Assembly (NCBI GenBank): GCA_045401155.1
Contig: CP174360.1
Span: 11,072 to 75,071 of the forward strand
Source of the DNA: Candidatus Minusculum obligatum
Lineage (GTDB): Bacteria > Patescibacteriota > Minisyncoccia > Phycocordibacterales > Phycocordibacteraceae
Reading direction: 5' to 3'
DNA: 64,000 bases
Shown: piece by piece, positions 1-9,116 of the stretch
How positions within the stretch are numbered: the stretch's first letter is position 1
Layout: the number at the start of each line of letters is the position of its first letter
The notes under the pieces: generated by a model
The model's database searches: none
Told to the model about the DNA's origin: nothing
The model's input: only the letters and a program-made list of their open reading frames with translations
Program-made: the position numbers and the translations under genes

Positions 1-848
1 GGAATACGTCCTCCTGAAATACGTGGCACAAGTCGCTGAGAGAAAATCCCGGCAAGTGATCCTGCAAGCTGAATACGTACTTGATCCTGCTGATTTGCAG
101 GGAATGAATCGATGATTCGATCAATGGTCTGTGCAGCATTATTGGTGTGCAGTGTTGAAAGCACGAGATGTCCTGTTTCAGCTGCAGTCACTGCAGAAGA
201 AATAGTCTCGTACGCGCGCATCTCTCCTACCATCATTACGTCTACGTCCTGACGAAAGGCAGCACGAAGCGCTTCACTAAATGAAGGTGCATCGATACCA
301 ACCTCTCGCTGCTCAATCAAAGATTTCTTTGGTTGGAAAATATACTCAATAGGATCCTCAATCGTCACAATGTGCTCTGCACGTGTGAGGTTGATCATCT
401 CAATCATGGCAGCAAGTGTCGTTGACTTACCTTGCCCTACAGGACCTACTACCAAAAAGAACCCCTGCTTACGCTGCGCGAACGTTTCAAGAATTGGAGG
501 AAGCCCAAGGCTTTGAATTGACTGGATTTGCTTTGGAATAAGACGAAGCGCAATCGCAATACTTCCGTGCTGATAAAATCCATTTCCTCGGAAGCGTCCC
601 GCATCACCAAAAGCATATGAAAAATCTACCGACTGTCGTTCTTGAAAAGCTGGATATCGCTCCTCTCCCACAAGCTCACGAAGAAATACCTCTGTGTCTT
701 CTGCAGTTAATTTATCTTTTTGAAACAACGGAATGAGAGATCCAGATACACGAATAGTTGGGTGATTCCCAACAGAAAGATGAAGGTCTGATCCACCCTC
801 ATCAACAACAGTTTGTAGTAATTGATGTAAATCTTGAACAGTTGCCAT
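1..848 (-). CDS. pilT: Type IV pilus retraction ATPase PilT (3' end beyond window edge)
   Basis: Not in ORF track; manual translation from ATG at 848 gives MATVQDLHQLL..GSDLHLSVG, Walker A GPVGQGKSTT, IEDPIE, HTNNAAQTIDRIIDSF. Confidence 0.93.
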   Translation of the reverse strand, partial: MATVQDLHQLLQTVVDEGGSDLHLSVGNHPTIRVSGSLIPLFQKDKLTAEDTEVFLRELVGEERYPAFQERQSVDFSYAFGDAGRFRGNGFYQHGSIAIALRLIPKQIQSIQSLGLPPILETFAQRKQGFFLVVGPVGQGKSTTLAAMIEMINLTRAEHIVTIEDPIEYIFQPKKSLIEQREVGIDAPSFSEALRAAFRQDVDVMMVGEMRAYETISSAVTAAETGHLVLSTLHTNNAAQTIDRIIDSFPANQQDQVRIQLAGSLAGIFSQRLVPRISGGRI

Positions 849-849
849 A

Positions 850-1248
850 TTACTCAGATTCTCCACTTAAAATTTTTGTTGTGCGCTCAAGCACCTCAGA
901 TGGAATCGCACTTGCTTTAATAATGTACCCTGCAGCCCCAAGCTCCTTTGCTCGCTCAATATCAGTATCTTGTCCTTGGTTTGAAAGAATAATGATCTTT
1001 GTCTTTGGAGCTAGATTCTCTCGATTAATTGCTTCAAGCACCGCAAACCCATCAACTTCCGGCATCACAATATCTAAAAGAATAGCGTCTGGCGGTGTCC
1101 CCTTGCGAAGCTCTTCAAGTACGAAGTTTCCTCCCTGACATGCGGTCACATCCATACCCGCACTCTTGAACTTCATTGAGTACATATCAAGAAGAAATCG
1201 ATCATCATCAACGAGATAGATTTTGTATTTTTTTACTTGATCTTCCAT
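850..1248 (-). CDS. Single-domain response regulator (receiver) in pilus operon
   Basis: LVDDD, LLDIVMP..DG, IILSN, YIIKA receiver motifs; ATG 1 nt after pilB stop. Confidence 0.9.
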   Translation of the reverse strand: MEDQVKKYKIYLVDDDRFLLDMYSMKFKSAGMDVTACQGGNFVLEELRKGTPPDAILLDIVMPEVDGFAVLEAINRENLAPKTKIIILSNQGQDTDIERAKELGAAGYIIKASAIPSEVLERTTKILSGESE

Positions 1249-1249
1249 A

Positions 1250-2995
1250 TTAGTTTTCAACCAAGAAGTCTCCTCCGAGTGTATTTACTTCCTCAAACGG
1301 AATCACCCCTTCTAGTGCCTTAATAATAGCATCCTCCTTCATGGTGAGCATTCCTTTTGCACGGGCAGCACGGAACACCTTATCCTCAACAGGATCATTC
1401 AAAATCACATTTTCTAGATCACTATCTACACGAAGAATCTCAAATACACCAAGACGTCCTCGTGTACCATTTGGACAATCTGGCCCTGGCGCAACACCGT
1501 ATAGGAACTTCTTATCTGGAACATACTTCTTACGATACTCCTCTGGAAGATCCTCAAATTGCTTATCAAGCATAATCTTAAGAGATCCCTCAACAGGAAT
1601 CTTTCGCCCTGCTCCCTCACACATTTGCCGCACCAAACGCTGTCCAATAACCGCAACAAGTGTCGGCGCGATCAAGTATGGATCAATTCCCATATCAATA
1701 AGTCGTGGAATCGCTCCTGCCGCTGTGTTGGTGTGAATAGTTGAGAACACAAGGTGTCCGGTAAGCGCAGCCTGAATCGCAAGCTGTGCAGTTTCTTTAT
1801 CTCGAATCTCTCCCACCATGATAATGTCTGGGTCCTGACGAAGGATTGAACGAAGTCCTGAAGCAAAAGTATATCCAATCTCAGGACGCATCTGTGACTG
1901 AGACACTCCTGTAATGTCATACTCTACCGGGTCCTCAAGAGACACCACGTTATTTTTCTCTCGATCAATCTCTCGAAGCATCGAGTAGAGCGTTGTAGAC
2001 TTTCCGGATCCGGTCGGTCCTGAGATCAACACAATTCCATATGGCTGCTGCACAATCTCTCGAACCTGTTCAAAGTTTTGTGGTGTAAATCCAAGATCCT
2101 CAAGCGTCTTCTGTCCTGCAGAACGATCCAAAATACGCATCACCACCTTCTCCCCATAGAAGGTTGGGAATGTAGATACACGAAAATCAATATTTCGATT
2201 CTCTACCTTAGCGGAGAATCGACCATCTTGCGGCTTACGCTTCTCATCAAGCTTAATTGAGGCAAGAATCTTAATACGCGCAACCACTGCCCTGTGCACT
2301 TTTGTTGGAAGCTCAAGAGAAGTGTGCAGATCTCCGTCCATTCGGAAACGCACACGCACCTTCTCTCGTGTAGGCTCAATATGAATATCAGATACCCCTC
2401 CCTCTACCGCATAGCGCAGCACAGTCGCTACAATTTTTGTAACCGGTGCATCTTCCTTGATAATTGTTTGTACATCCCCCGAATCCTCATCACTAACAGG
2501 CGCCTTCTTCTGCCCATCTTCACTTACAAGTGCACTTTCAAGCTCAGTAAGTGCAGCCCCAACCTCCCCAGAAAGACTCTGGTACTGCTCAATCGCTTTA
2601 TCAAAATCACTCTTACCAATAAGGAAAAGCTTATATGGCATCTTTACACGAGTAGAAATGAAGTTAAGCGCATCAAGCGCTTCAATATTGTCTGGATCAA
2701 CAATACCCACCTCAAGCACATCGTCTGTTACAGAAAGTGGAATGAATTGATAGTGTCGCGCACTCTCCTCTGGAATATATGAAAGGACACTATTTGCAAT
2801 CGTGATGCTAGAGATGTCACGAGTGGGCATGTTGTAGTACTCACCCTCTGCAGTAAGAATGTCTTCTTTTGAAATTCCACGACGTGCAAGCAAAGAAGAA
2901 ACAGAGACATTTTTATCCTTTGCCTCCTTCTCTACCGCAGAAGCATCTGCTTCCTTGAGTACTCCTTTCTTAACTAGAATGTCTAATAACTTCAT
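1250..2995 (-). CDS. pilB: Type IV pilus assembly ATPase, GspE/PilB family
   Basis: SDIHIEP, PQDGR, GPTGSGKSTT, LEDPVE, LRQDPDIIMVGEIRD. Confidence 0.93.
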   Translation of the reverse strand: MKLLDILVKKGVLKEADASAVEKEAKDKNVSVSSLLARRGISKEDILTAEGEYYNMPTRDISSITIANSVLSYIPEESARHYQFIPLSVTDDVLEVGIVDPDNIEALDALNFISTRVKMPYKLFLIGKSDFDKAIEQYQSLSGEVGAALTELESALVSEDGQKKAPVSDEDSGDVQTIIKEDAPVTKIVATVLRYAVEGGVSDIHIEPTREKVRVRFRMDGDLHTSLELPTKVHRAVVARIKILASIKLDEKRKPQDGRFSAKVENRNIDFRVSTFPTFYGEKVVMRILDRSAGQKTLEDLGFTPQNFEQVREIVQQPYGIVLISGPTGSGKSTTLYSMLREIDREKNNVVSLEDPVEYDITGVSQSQMRPEIGYTFASGLRSILRQDPDIIMVGEIRDKETAQLAIQAALTGHLVFSTIHTNTAAGAIPRLIDMGIDPYLIAPTLVAVIGQRLVRQMCEGAGRKIPVEGSLKIMLDKQFEDLPEEYRKKYVPDKKFLYGVAPGPDCPNGTRGRLGVFEILRVDSDLENVILNDPVEDKVFRAARAKGMLTMKEDAIIKALEGVIPFEEVNTLGGDFLVEN

Positions 2996-3000
2996 AGGAA

Positions 3001-3297
3001 CTACTGTGCACTCGCGAACGGATTGTCGCGACCCACAGGTTCCTCAGCAATTGGACGAGAGAAATCTACAAGCGAACTGTAGTATTCATCTTCAAAAATA
3101 CTAGTGTCCAGATCAATCCTTCTAAGCTTACTAAACAACGCAACAAACTCCTGGTTTGCAGCACTTACACTTGGATTTGTTGTGGTAACAAGTGCTCCTT
3201 GATTATTGTTTTGGAAGAAAAAGAAGTAGGCAATAAATCCTGCAACGATAATTCCAATTGCAATAAGTACGGTTTGATTTTTCTTGAAAAAATTCAT
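3001..3297 (-). CDS. Small membrane-anchored pilus protein (PilP position)
   Basis: N-terminal TM, C-terminal GRDNPF motif; follows pilMNO. Confidence 0.65.
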   Translation of the reverse strand: MNFFKKNQTVLIAIGIIVAGFIAYFFFFQNNNQGALVTTTNPSVSAANQEFVALFSKLRRIDLDTSIFEDEYYSSLVDFSRPIAEEPVGRDNPFASAQ

Positions 3298-3298
3298 A

Positions 3299-3859
3299 TT
3301 ACTGTAGCCAATACACTTGTACGCGCATATCAAACTTGTAAACACCTGTCTCCGACTCTGAGAAGGCAATCTCGATCACATCAAGCGTACGCAAGCTCTG
3401 CTCAATATCACGCAAGAAATTCTTAAACTGAGAGTATGTTGCGGTAGCAGTAAATGAAATTACCAAAGATTTATATGCTTTCTCTTCTTGAATCAACACT
3501 CCTTGCCCAACTGCATCACCTCCATCATTCCCACTCTTACTCTCATCAATACCAATATCACTAATGCGAACACCGTTTGCGTTAGCAATACCGTCCATAT
3601 CAAGAATAAGCTGTACGTTATCTACGTTATCTGGAAGAAGCTTCTTAATTCGATCAAGCTCTGTTTGTGGGATATTTTCCCGCTCCTGCACAAGGCGCGC
3701 TTCTTCTTCCCTAAATTTCACTGCAGTTGCAAGCGCTGAATCCAAATTTTTAATCTCTCCTTCAAGAGATCGAACCTGTCCTGTATACGTAGGATTTATA
3801 TATCCGAAAAATACACCTACGGCTCCTAATATTAAGATGATTGATACAAGTCGGTTCAT
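3299..3859 (-). CDS. pilO: PilO-like protein
   Basis: N-terminal TM + coiled coil, KLLPD, ATYSQFKNFLRDIEQSLR. Confidence 0.8.
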   Translation of the reverse strand: MNRLVSIILILGAVGVFFGYINPTYTGQVRSLEGEIKNLDSALATAVKFREEEARLVQERENIPQTELDRIKKLLPDNVDNVQLILDMDGIANANGVRISDIGIDESKSGNDGGDAVGQGVLIQEEKAYKSLVISFTATATYSQFKNFLRDIEQSLRTLDVIEIAFSESETGVYKFDMRVQVYWLQ

Positions 3860-4563
3860 ATAGTTTCTTCTTCTAGAGGCGCCTCTTCTTCAGGGAATGA
3901 ATCTCCCTCCTCTACAGGCTGCACATCTTCAACGTCTTCTCCTTCAAAAAGAGCCTCAAGCGTTTCGTTTGGCGTCACTTCAATTTGTCCTCCTGAAGCA
4001 TTTACAAGAGAACTTGAAACGATTCCTGTGAATGAGAAAGTAACATCCCCATCTTCAGTCACTGTAGTATCTTCAAAAATCTGATTTCGCAAAAATGGGT
4101 TGTCTCTAAATACAACAGACTGATACGCCAATGCATTAAAGTCTCGTGCAACACCATCCATCAAGATCTCCACGTCTCCTGAAGGTACAGTCGTAAGCTC
4201 AAAGTCACTAAAGCTCACTCCCTGTACTGTATCTCGCTCAAGCATTGAAAAGATTGCAGATACCGCAACGTGACTATCAAGGAGCTCTCGAGAAATAACC
4301 AATCGCTGAGAAAGACGCGCAAGCTCCTCTACCGCTTGCGGCTCAACTGAAGCCTGGAGTGCATTTAACTCTGTTTCTTTCTGCTGCTTTGTTTGCTTCA
4401 GGTAAAACTCGTACCCGAACACGAGACCTGCAAGTACAATAGCAGCACCAATAAGCACCAATGCTGCTACGGCAAATATACTTAGTGGCCCACGCGCTCT
4501 TGGTCGCCGTACGGTACGTACAGGCTGCTTAGGCACAAAGGATGTTGGTACCTTTTGTGGCAT
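3856..4563 (-). CDS. pilN: PilN-like protein
   Basis: TSFVPK N-terminus, TM, coiled coil; between pilM and pilO. Confidence 0.7.
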   Translation of the reverse strand: MPQKVPTSFVPKQPVRTVRRPRARGPLSIFAVAALVLIGAAIVLAGLVFGYEFYLKQTKQQKETELNALQASVEPQAVEELARLSQRLVISRELLDSHVAVSAIFSMLERDTVQGVSFSDFELTTVPSGDVEILMDGVARDFNALAYQSVVFRDNPFLRNQIFEDTTVTEDGDVTFSFTGIVSSSLVNASGGQIEVTPNETLEALFEGEDVEDVQPVEEGDSFPEEEAPLEEETI

Positions 4564-4614
4564 GTACTACTAGTATAGACGATTTACCCCAATTAAATAG
4601 AGTTGTTACGGGGA

Positions 4615-5694
4615 TTACGAAACTTCTTCAAGCTTCCGAAGTGCAACACCAACCGCAACCGCAAACTCAGGACCAATCTCCTCAAGAACAGGGCGCATAA
4701 ATGCAGGTGCATCTGTCTTTTGGAATGGGTCTGCAAGCGTAACCTCGGTCTCAAAGAAGGTTCCCGCGTACTCTTTTAGATTTTTAGTTACCCCTCCCCC
4801 TCCAGTAAGGACAATGCCTGAGACAGGACGCTTCTCTGATGTCTCAAATTCTCGGAGCACACGCTTCGCTTCTGCAAAAATATTTGAATATGTAAGTGTC
4901 ACTGAATCTTTGTTGTACGGCTTTGGTGCAGTATCTGAAATTCCTTCCTCTCGCTTTAGTTGCTCTGCTTTTGCAAACCCTAAAGAACTTGATTGAGAGA
5001 GTGCCTTACTTACATCTTGCCCTCCTCGAGAAATAGTATGCGAACGTGCCACAAGTCCACGCTCTACGATGTATACCTTTGTAGCAGCAGCGCCAATATC
5101 AATAACCATTACTGGCTTTACCGGCTCATCTACTACCGCACGAATGGTTGAAAATATTTCAATCTCATAAAAACTCGCCGCCACCTGAATTTTATTCATG
5201 ATGCGCTCTAAATGTGTAAGCGCTTCATTGTGCACCGCAACTAAAAGCACCTTCATTTTAGGAGAGAGTTCTTTTCCCTGCTCTTCTGGAATCACAAACC
5301 AATCAAGCTGCACTTCACTTACTGGCACTGGAATATACTTACGCGCCTCAAGATTAATCATAGTCTGAAGCTCTGGACCCTCCTTCCTTGGAAGCGACAC
5401 GGTTGTAAGCAGTGTTTTATTCAAAGGGATCGCAACACCAACAGAAGTTGTGGTCACATTTGCTTCTCGCATCAAATCCTGAATATTTTCTGAAATAGTT
5501 TCCGCAGGAAGGTGCACGGCTTGCCCCACCTCTTTATCTGCATACGGCCCAAGAGCTAATTGTCCGTATGTCTCAAGTACTGCAACACCATTTTCTTGCT
5601 TTAGCTGTACCACTTTTACTGAAGAACCTCCAATATCAATACCCAACACGCTTGGTGTTGGCTTGGTTAGAAACCGAGAGAAAATACCTGCCAT
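4615..5694 (-). CDS. pilM: Type IV pilus assembly protein PilM
   Basis: Actin-like GIDIGGSSVK, EARKYIPVP, IDIGA, LTGGG, AVAVGVALR. Confidence 0.93.
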   Translation of the reverse strand: MAGIFSRFLTKPTPSVLGIDIGGSSVKVVQLKQENGVAVLETYGQLALGPYADKEVGQAVHLPAETISENIQDLMREANVTTTSVGVAIPLNKTLLTTVSLPRKEGPELQTMINLEARKYIPVPVSEVQLDWFVIPEEQGKELSPKMKVLLVAVHNEALTHLERIMNKIQVAASFYEIEIFSTIRAVVDEPVKPVMVIDIGAAATKVYIVERGLVARSHTISRGGQDVSKALSQSSSLGFAKAEQLKREEGISDTAPKPYNKDSVTLTYSNIFAEAKRVLREFETSEKRPVSGIVLTGGGGVTKNLKEYAGTFFETEVTLADPFQKTDAPAFMRPVLEEIGPEFAVAVGVALRKLEEVS

Positions 5695-5733
5695 TACCCG
5701 CACATAATAGCATGTCGCGGTATAATCAAATAT

Positions 5734-6353
5734 ATGTGGAATAGGATTCTAGACATCATATTCCCCCTCGAGACGAGGAATTACTCGTACGCTCACTTTC
5801 ATATAAAGATGTAGATACACTTCTTTCCCCCAAGCTAAGTGAACACACAATCCCAGGAACCGTAACCCTCCTTCCATTTACAGACCCGCGTGTGCGGGCT
5901 TTATTACATGAAAATAAATACCATCAGAATAAACGAGCGGCAAAACTTCTCGCGCACGCACTCCATGCCTTTTTATTTGAATACATCGTAGATCGTATTG
6001 AATTAGCAGGTACCAATATATATGTAGTACCAATCCCCCTATCCCTTTCACGATACAAAGAGCGTGGATATAACCAGGTAGCAAATGTCACAGAAATTGC
6101 GTGTAAAAAATGTGACCTTAAGCACAAAAATATTCTCGCGAAGATAAAAGATACAAAATCTCAAACGAAACTCTCTAAAAAAGAACGCTTACGAAATCAG
6201 CACGGAGCCTTTGTTTCAGAAAAAGCATCTCCACGCACTACATATATAGTAGTGGATGATGTACTTACTACTGGAGCCACCATGCAAGAAGCGTGTAGAG
6301 CATTAGAGAAGATGGGAGCTAAATCTATTTTGCCGATTGCGTTGGCACATTAA
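5734..6353 (+). pseudogene. comF: ComF-family phosphoribosyltransferase, frameshifted at a C5 run (or sequencing indel)
   Basis: MWNRILDIIFP from ATG 5734 joins the 5892-6353 frame (ERGYNQ, VVDDVLTTGAT) only if one C is added at 5763-5767. Confidence 0.8.
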
Positions 6354-6369
6354 TAGCAGACTTGAAAAA

Positions 6370-7440
6370 TTATTCTGTTTTAAATTCTCCTTTTACTCGG
6401 AAGTTTATAGCTTCAACACTGAGACAGTGACCGTTTTTAAAAGGATCATCTACTATTTTAACTTTTGGATTTTTCGACGTAACATCAAAAACTAAATATA
6501 TGAAATAATTCTCCACATCCTCTGCAACATCTTTTTCGTTCCTACTTATATAAAATGAGAAACTTTTGGATAATTTTTTTACAGTTGATTTAACTTCAAT
6601 TCTTTTTTTCTTTCCTGTTTCATCAAATGAAAGAATGTCGAAACCAGCATACGTATCTTCTCGCGCAACATGAACAACCTTCTGGGCAAGATCACTTCGG
6701 CCAATTGCGTTTAGATGATCCTTCTCGTAACGAATTACAATTTCTTCTCCCAAACTTCCAATCTTTGCATTGTTTTTATTTTTAATTTCAAAATCGATAA
6801 AGCCTTTATTTTTCACCTTTACCTCCGTTACCTTTGAAACGGGAACTGTATCAGCAGTAGAAACATTTGGTGATACCTCCTTTCTCACACTGACATATAC
6901 CTTGTCCTGTGGTCCAGGCATCTCGCTTGAGTACTCATCTGCAAATAAAAGCAACATTTTTTCAACTGATTCATATTTTTTTGAAACAGCACTTACTCGC
7001 TCTGGCAAAAGACTCATAAAACCTTGAATAAAGTTATTAGTTTTGTACCCAACAGCATTATTAAAAATTTCAATTGGCATTGATATGTACTTAATATTCT
7101 TCAAAAAGAACACGTACTCCCAAGGATTCCCATTATCATCTGGTGGCCAGAGCGTGAGCGCAAGATCTGGATCATGCTTCTTAAAGTAAACCTCTCCATA
7201 CATAACCAGCTTTTTGTTTGCGTAAAAAATAACAATGTCTCCTTCTTGCATTTTCTTCCACGAAGACGCTGTCCCCTTACGGTTGCCCCAAGCGTAAATT
7301 ACTTCTTGCTCGTCTAGAAGGGTAATCTCTTCAGAATTAAAATATTTAGAAATTCTCTCAAGAGGCACTCCGTGCTTGATAGTAGATTCAAAGTTTTTAT
7401 ATGACCTCTCCCCCGAACGTGGTGCTATAAAATAATTCAT
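6370..7440 (-). CDS. EVE/PUA-like N-terminal domain fused to DUF3883-like PD-(D/E)XK nuclease; candidate restriction nuclease
   Basis: AWG..WKKMQEGDIVIFY; GSLGEEIV..E, GFDILSF, IEVKST, FYISRNE; visibly AT-rich. Confidence 0.7.
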   Translation of the reverse strand: MNYFIAPRSGERSYKNFESTIKHGVPLERISKYFNSEEITLLDEQEVIYAWGNRKGTASSWKKMQEGDIVIFYANKKLVMYGEVYFKKHDPDLALTLWPPDDNGNPWEYVFFLKNIKYISMPIEIFNNAVGYKTNNFIQGFMSLLPERVSAVSKKYESVEKMLLLFADEYSSEMPGPQDKVYVSVRKEVSPNVSTADTVPVSKVTEVKVKNKGFIDFEIKNKNNAKIGSLGEEIVIRYEKDHLNAIGRSDLAQKVVHVAREDTYAGFDILSFDETGKKKRIEVKSTVKKLSKSFSFYISRNEKDVAEDVENYFIYLVFDVTSKNPKVKIVDDPFKNGHCLSVEAINFRVKGEFKTE

Positions 7441-7832
7441 ACAGCAGTAAAAGTTTTTAATTCATCAAGATATGCATTTGAATAATCAAGACTATTCAAA
7501 AAAACTTCTACTTCACTTTGAGAAATAAATTGAAAATCTGCACCCTCCCCCTTAATCAGTTTTTCCTTATCTGAATCAACCTCTCCTACCACAAGCGCAA
7601 TATTCCATTGTTCATACTTAAAGACATGAACAAATTCAGGATTCACGAGAGTAAAATTTGTTTCTTCTTTTGTCTCTCGCACTGCTGCGCTAACAACATC
7701 TTCGCCTTCATCTATTTTCCCACCAACCAAACACCACTGATGTGGCATTCTTGAAGTATTTCCATCTCTAAGATGCAATAAAAATTCACCCTTCTGGTTT
7801 TTTATAACTACACCTACGCCAGTTGGATTCAT
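7437..7832 (-). CDS. NUDIX hydrolase
   Basis: Nudix box GGKIDEGEDVVSAAVRETKEE. Confidence 0.9.
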   Translation of the reverse strand: MNPTGVGVVIKNQKGEFLLHLRDGNTSRMPHQWCLVGGKIDEGEDVVSAAVRETKEETNFTLVNPEFVHVFKYEQWNIALVVGEVDSDKEKLIKGEGADFQFISQSEVEVFLNSLDYSNAYLDELKTFTAV

Positions 7833-7837
7833 ACAAG

Positions 7838-7924
7838 CGGAGAGTATGGGATTCGAACCCATGAAGGAGGTTAATCCTTACCTCGTTAGCAGTGAGGCGC
7901 TTTCGACCACTCAGCCAACTCTCC
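7838..7924 (-). tRNA. tRNA-Ser(GCT)
   Basis: GGAGAGT acceptor, anticodon loop CT-GCT-AA, long variable arm, GGTTCGAATCC; no encoded CCA. Confidence 0.95.
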
Positions 7925-7939
7925 AGTCACGACACCATA

Positions 7940-9082
7940 TCATTTCTGTATCGCTTTTGCTACGGCTTTCACCACCCGCTTATCAAGCAGCTCCGGAAGA
8001 ATCTGATCTTTACTTGGGCGCTTAATAAGGCGGGCTAATGCTTCAGCTGCCGCAACTTTTTTCTGATCTGTAATATCTTTTATTCCCCCATCTAATGCGC
8101 CACGAAATACTCCAGGAAACACAAGCGCATTGTTTACCTGATTCTTAAAATCAGAGCGACCAGTTGCAACAACTGCAGCACCTGCTTTGTGCGCAGCATC
8201 TGGGAGCATTTCTGGATCTGGATTGGCAAGCGCAAACACAATTGGATCTTGTGCCATCTTCTTGATATCAGATGCCTTAAACTTTCCTCCCTTTCCTGCA
8301 ACACCAATGATTACATCCGCTCCCTCTACCACCTCTGAAAGACTTCCAGACTTTTTATCTTTATTTGTAATCTGCGCTAATTCCTCTTTATGCTTATACA
8401 GTCCATCTCGTCCTTTATAAATTGCACCGATACTATCTAACACAATCACATCACCAACACCCCTATACACTAAAAGATTTGCAATCGCCGTCCCAGCGGC
8501 CCCTGCTCCTACGATCACCACATTTAAATCTTCAAACTTTTTACCCACCACCTTGGCGGCATTTATAAGCCCTGCAAGTACTACGATAGCCGTACCGTGC
8601 TGATCATCATGCATCACTGGAATATCTAGAAGATCATTTACCCGTCGCTCAATCTCAAAACACTGCGGCGCCTTAATGTCCTCAAGATTAATTCCACCAA
8701 ATGCAGGTGCGATATTTTTAATCGTTTCTACAATCTCATCTGGATCCTGCGTATCTAACACAATAGGAAATGCATCAACACCAGCAAGCTCTTTAAAGAT
8801 AAGTGCCTTCCCCTCCATAACCGGCAATGCACCATACGGTCCGATATTTCCAAGACCTAATACTGCAGACCCATCTGAAATAACCGCTACCGTATTATTT
8901 TTAATCGTATACGTCTTTGCTTCCTTTTTATTCTTCGCCAAAAGCGTACACACTGCAGCAACACCAGGCGTGTAGTACAAAGAAAAATCAGACTGCTTTG
9001 TCAGAGGAACTTTTGAGTCTACTTTAATTTTCCCTTTTAGTTTTTTATGTGCTTTGAGTGCCTTTTCTGCAATGTTTTTCAT
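7940..9082 (-). CDS. NAD(P)-dependent malic enzyme
   Basis: YTPGVA, DGSAVLGLGNIG, INLEDI, HDDQHGTA, ANPDPE, TGRSD..NQVNN. Confidence 0.93.
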   Translation of the reverse strand: MKNIAEKALKAHKKLKGKIKVDSKVPLTKQSDFSLYYTPGVAAVCTLLAKNKKEAKTYTIKNNTVAVISDGSAVLGLGNIGPYGALPVMEGKALIFKELAGVDAFPIVLDTQDPDEIVETIKNIAPAFGGINLEDIKAPQCFEIERRVNDLLDIPVMHDDQHGTAIVVLAGLINAAKVVGKKFEDLNVVIVGAGAAGTAIANLLVYRGVGDVIVLDSIGAIYKGRDGLYKHKEELAQITNKDKKSGSLSEVVEGADVIIGVAGKGGKFKASDIKKMAQDPIVFALANPDPEMLPDAAHKAGAAVVATGRSDFKNQVNNALVFPGVFRGALDGGIKDITDQKKVAAAEALARLIKRPSKDQILPELLDKRVVKAVAKAIQK

Positions 9083-9116
9083 ACCGAGTATACTTATGTA
9101 CAAGGAATTTTAACCC

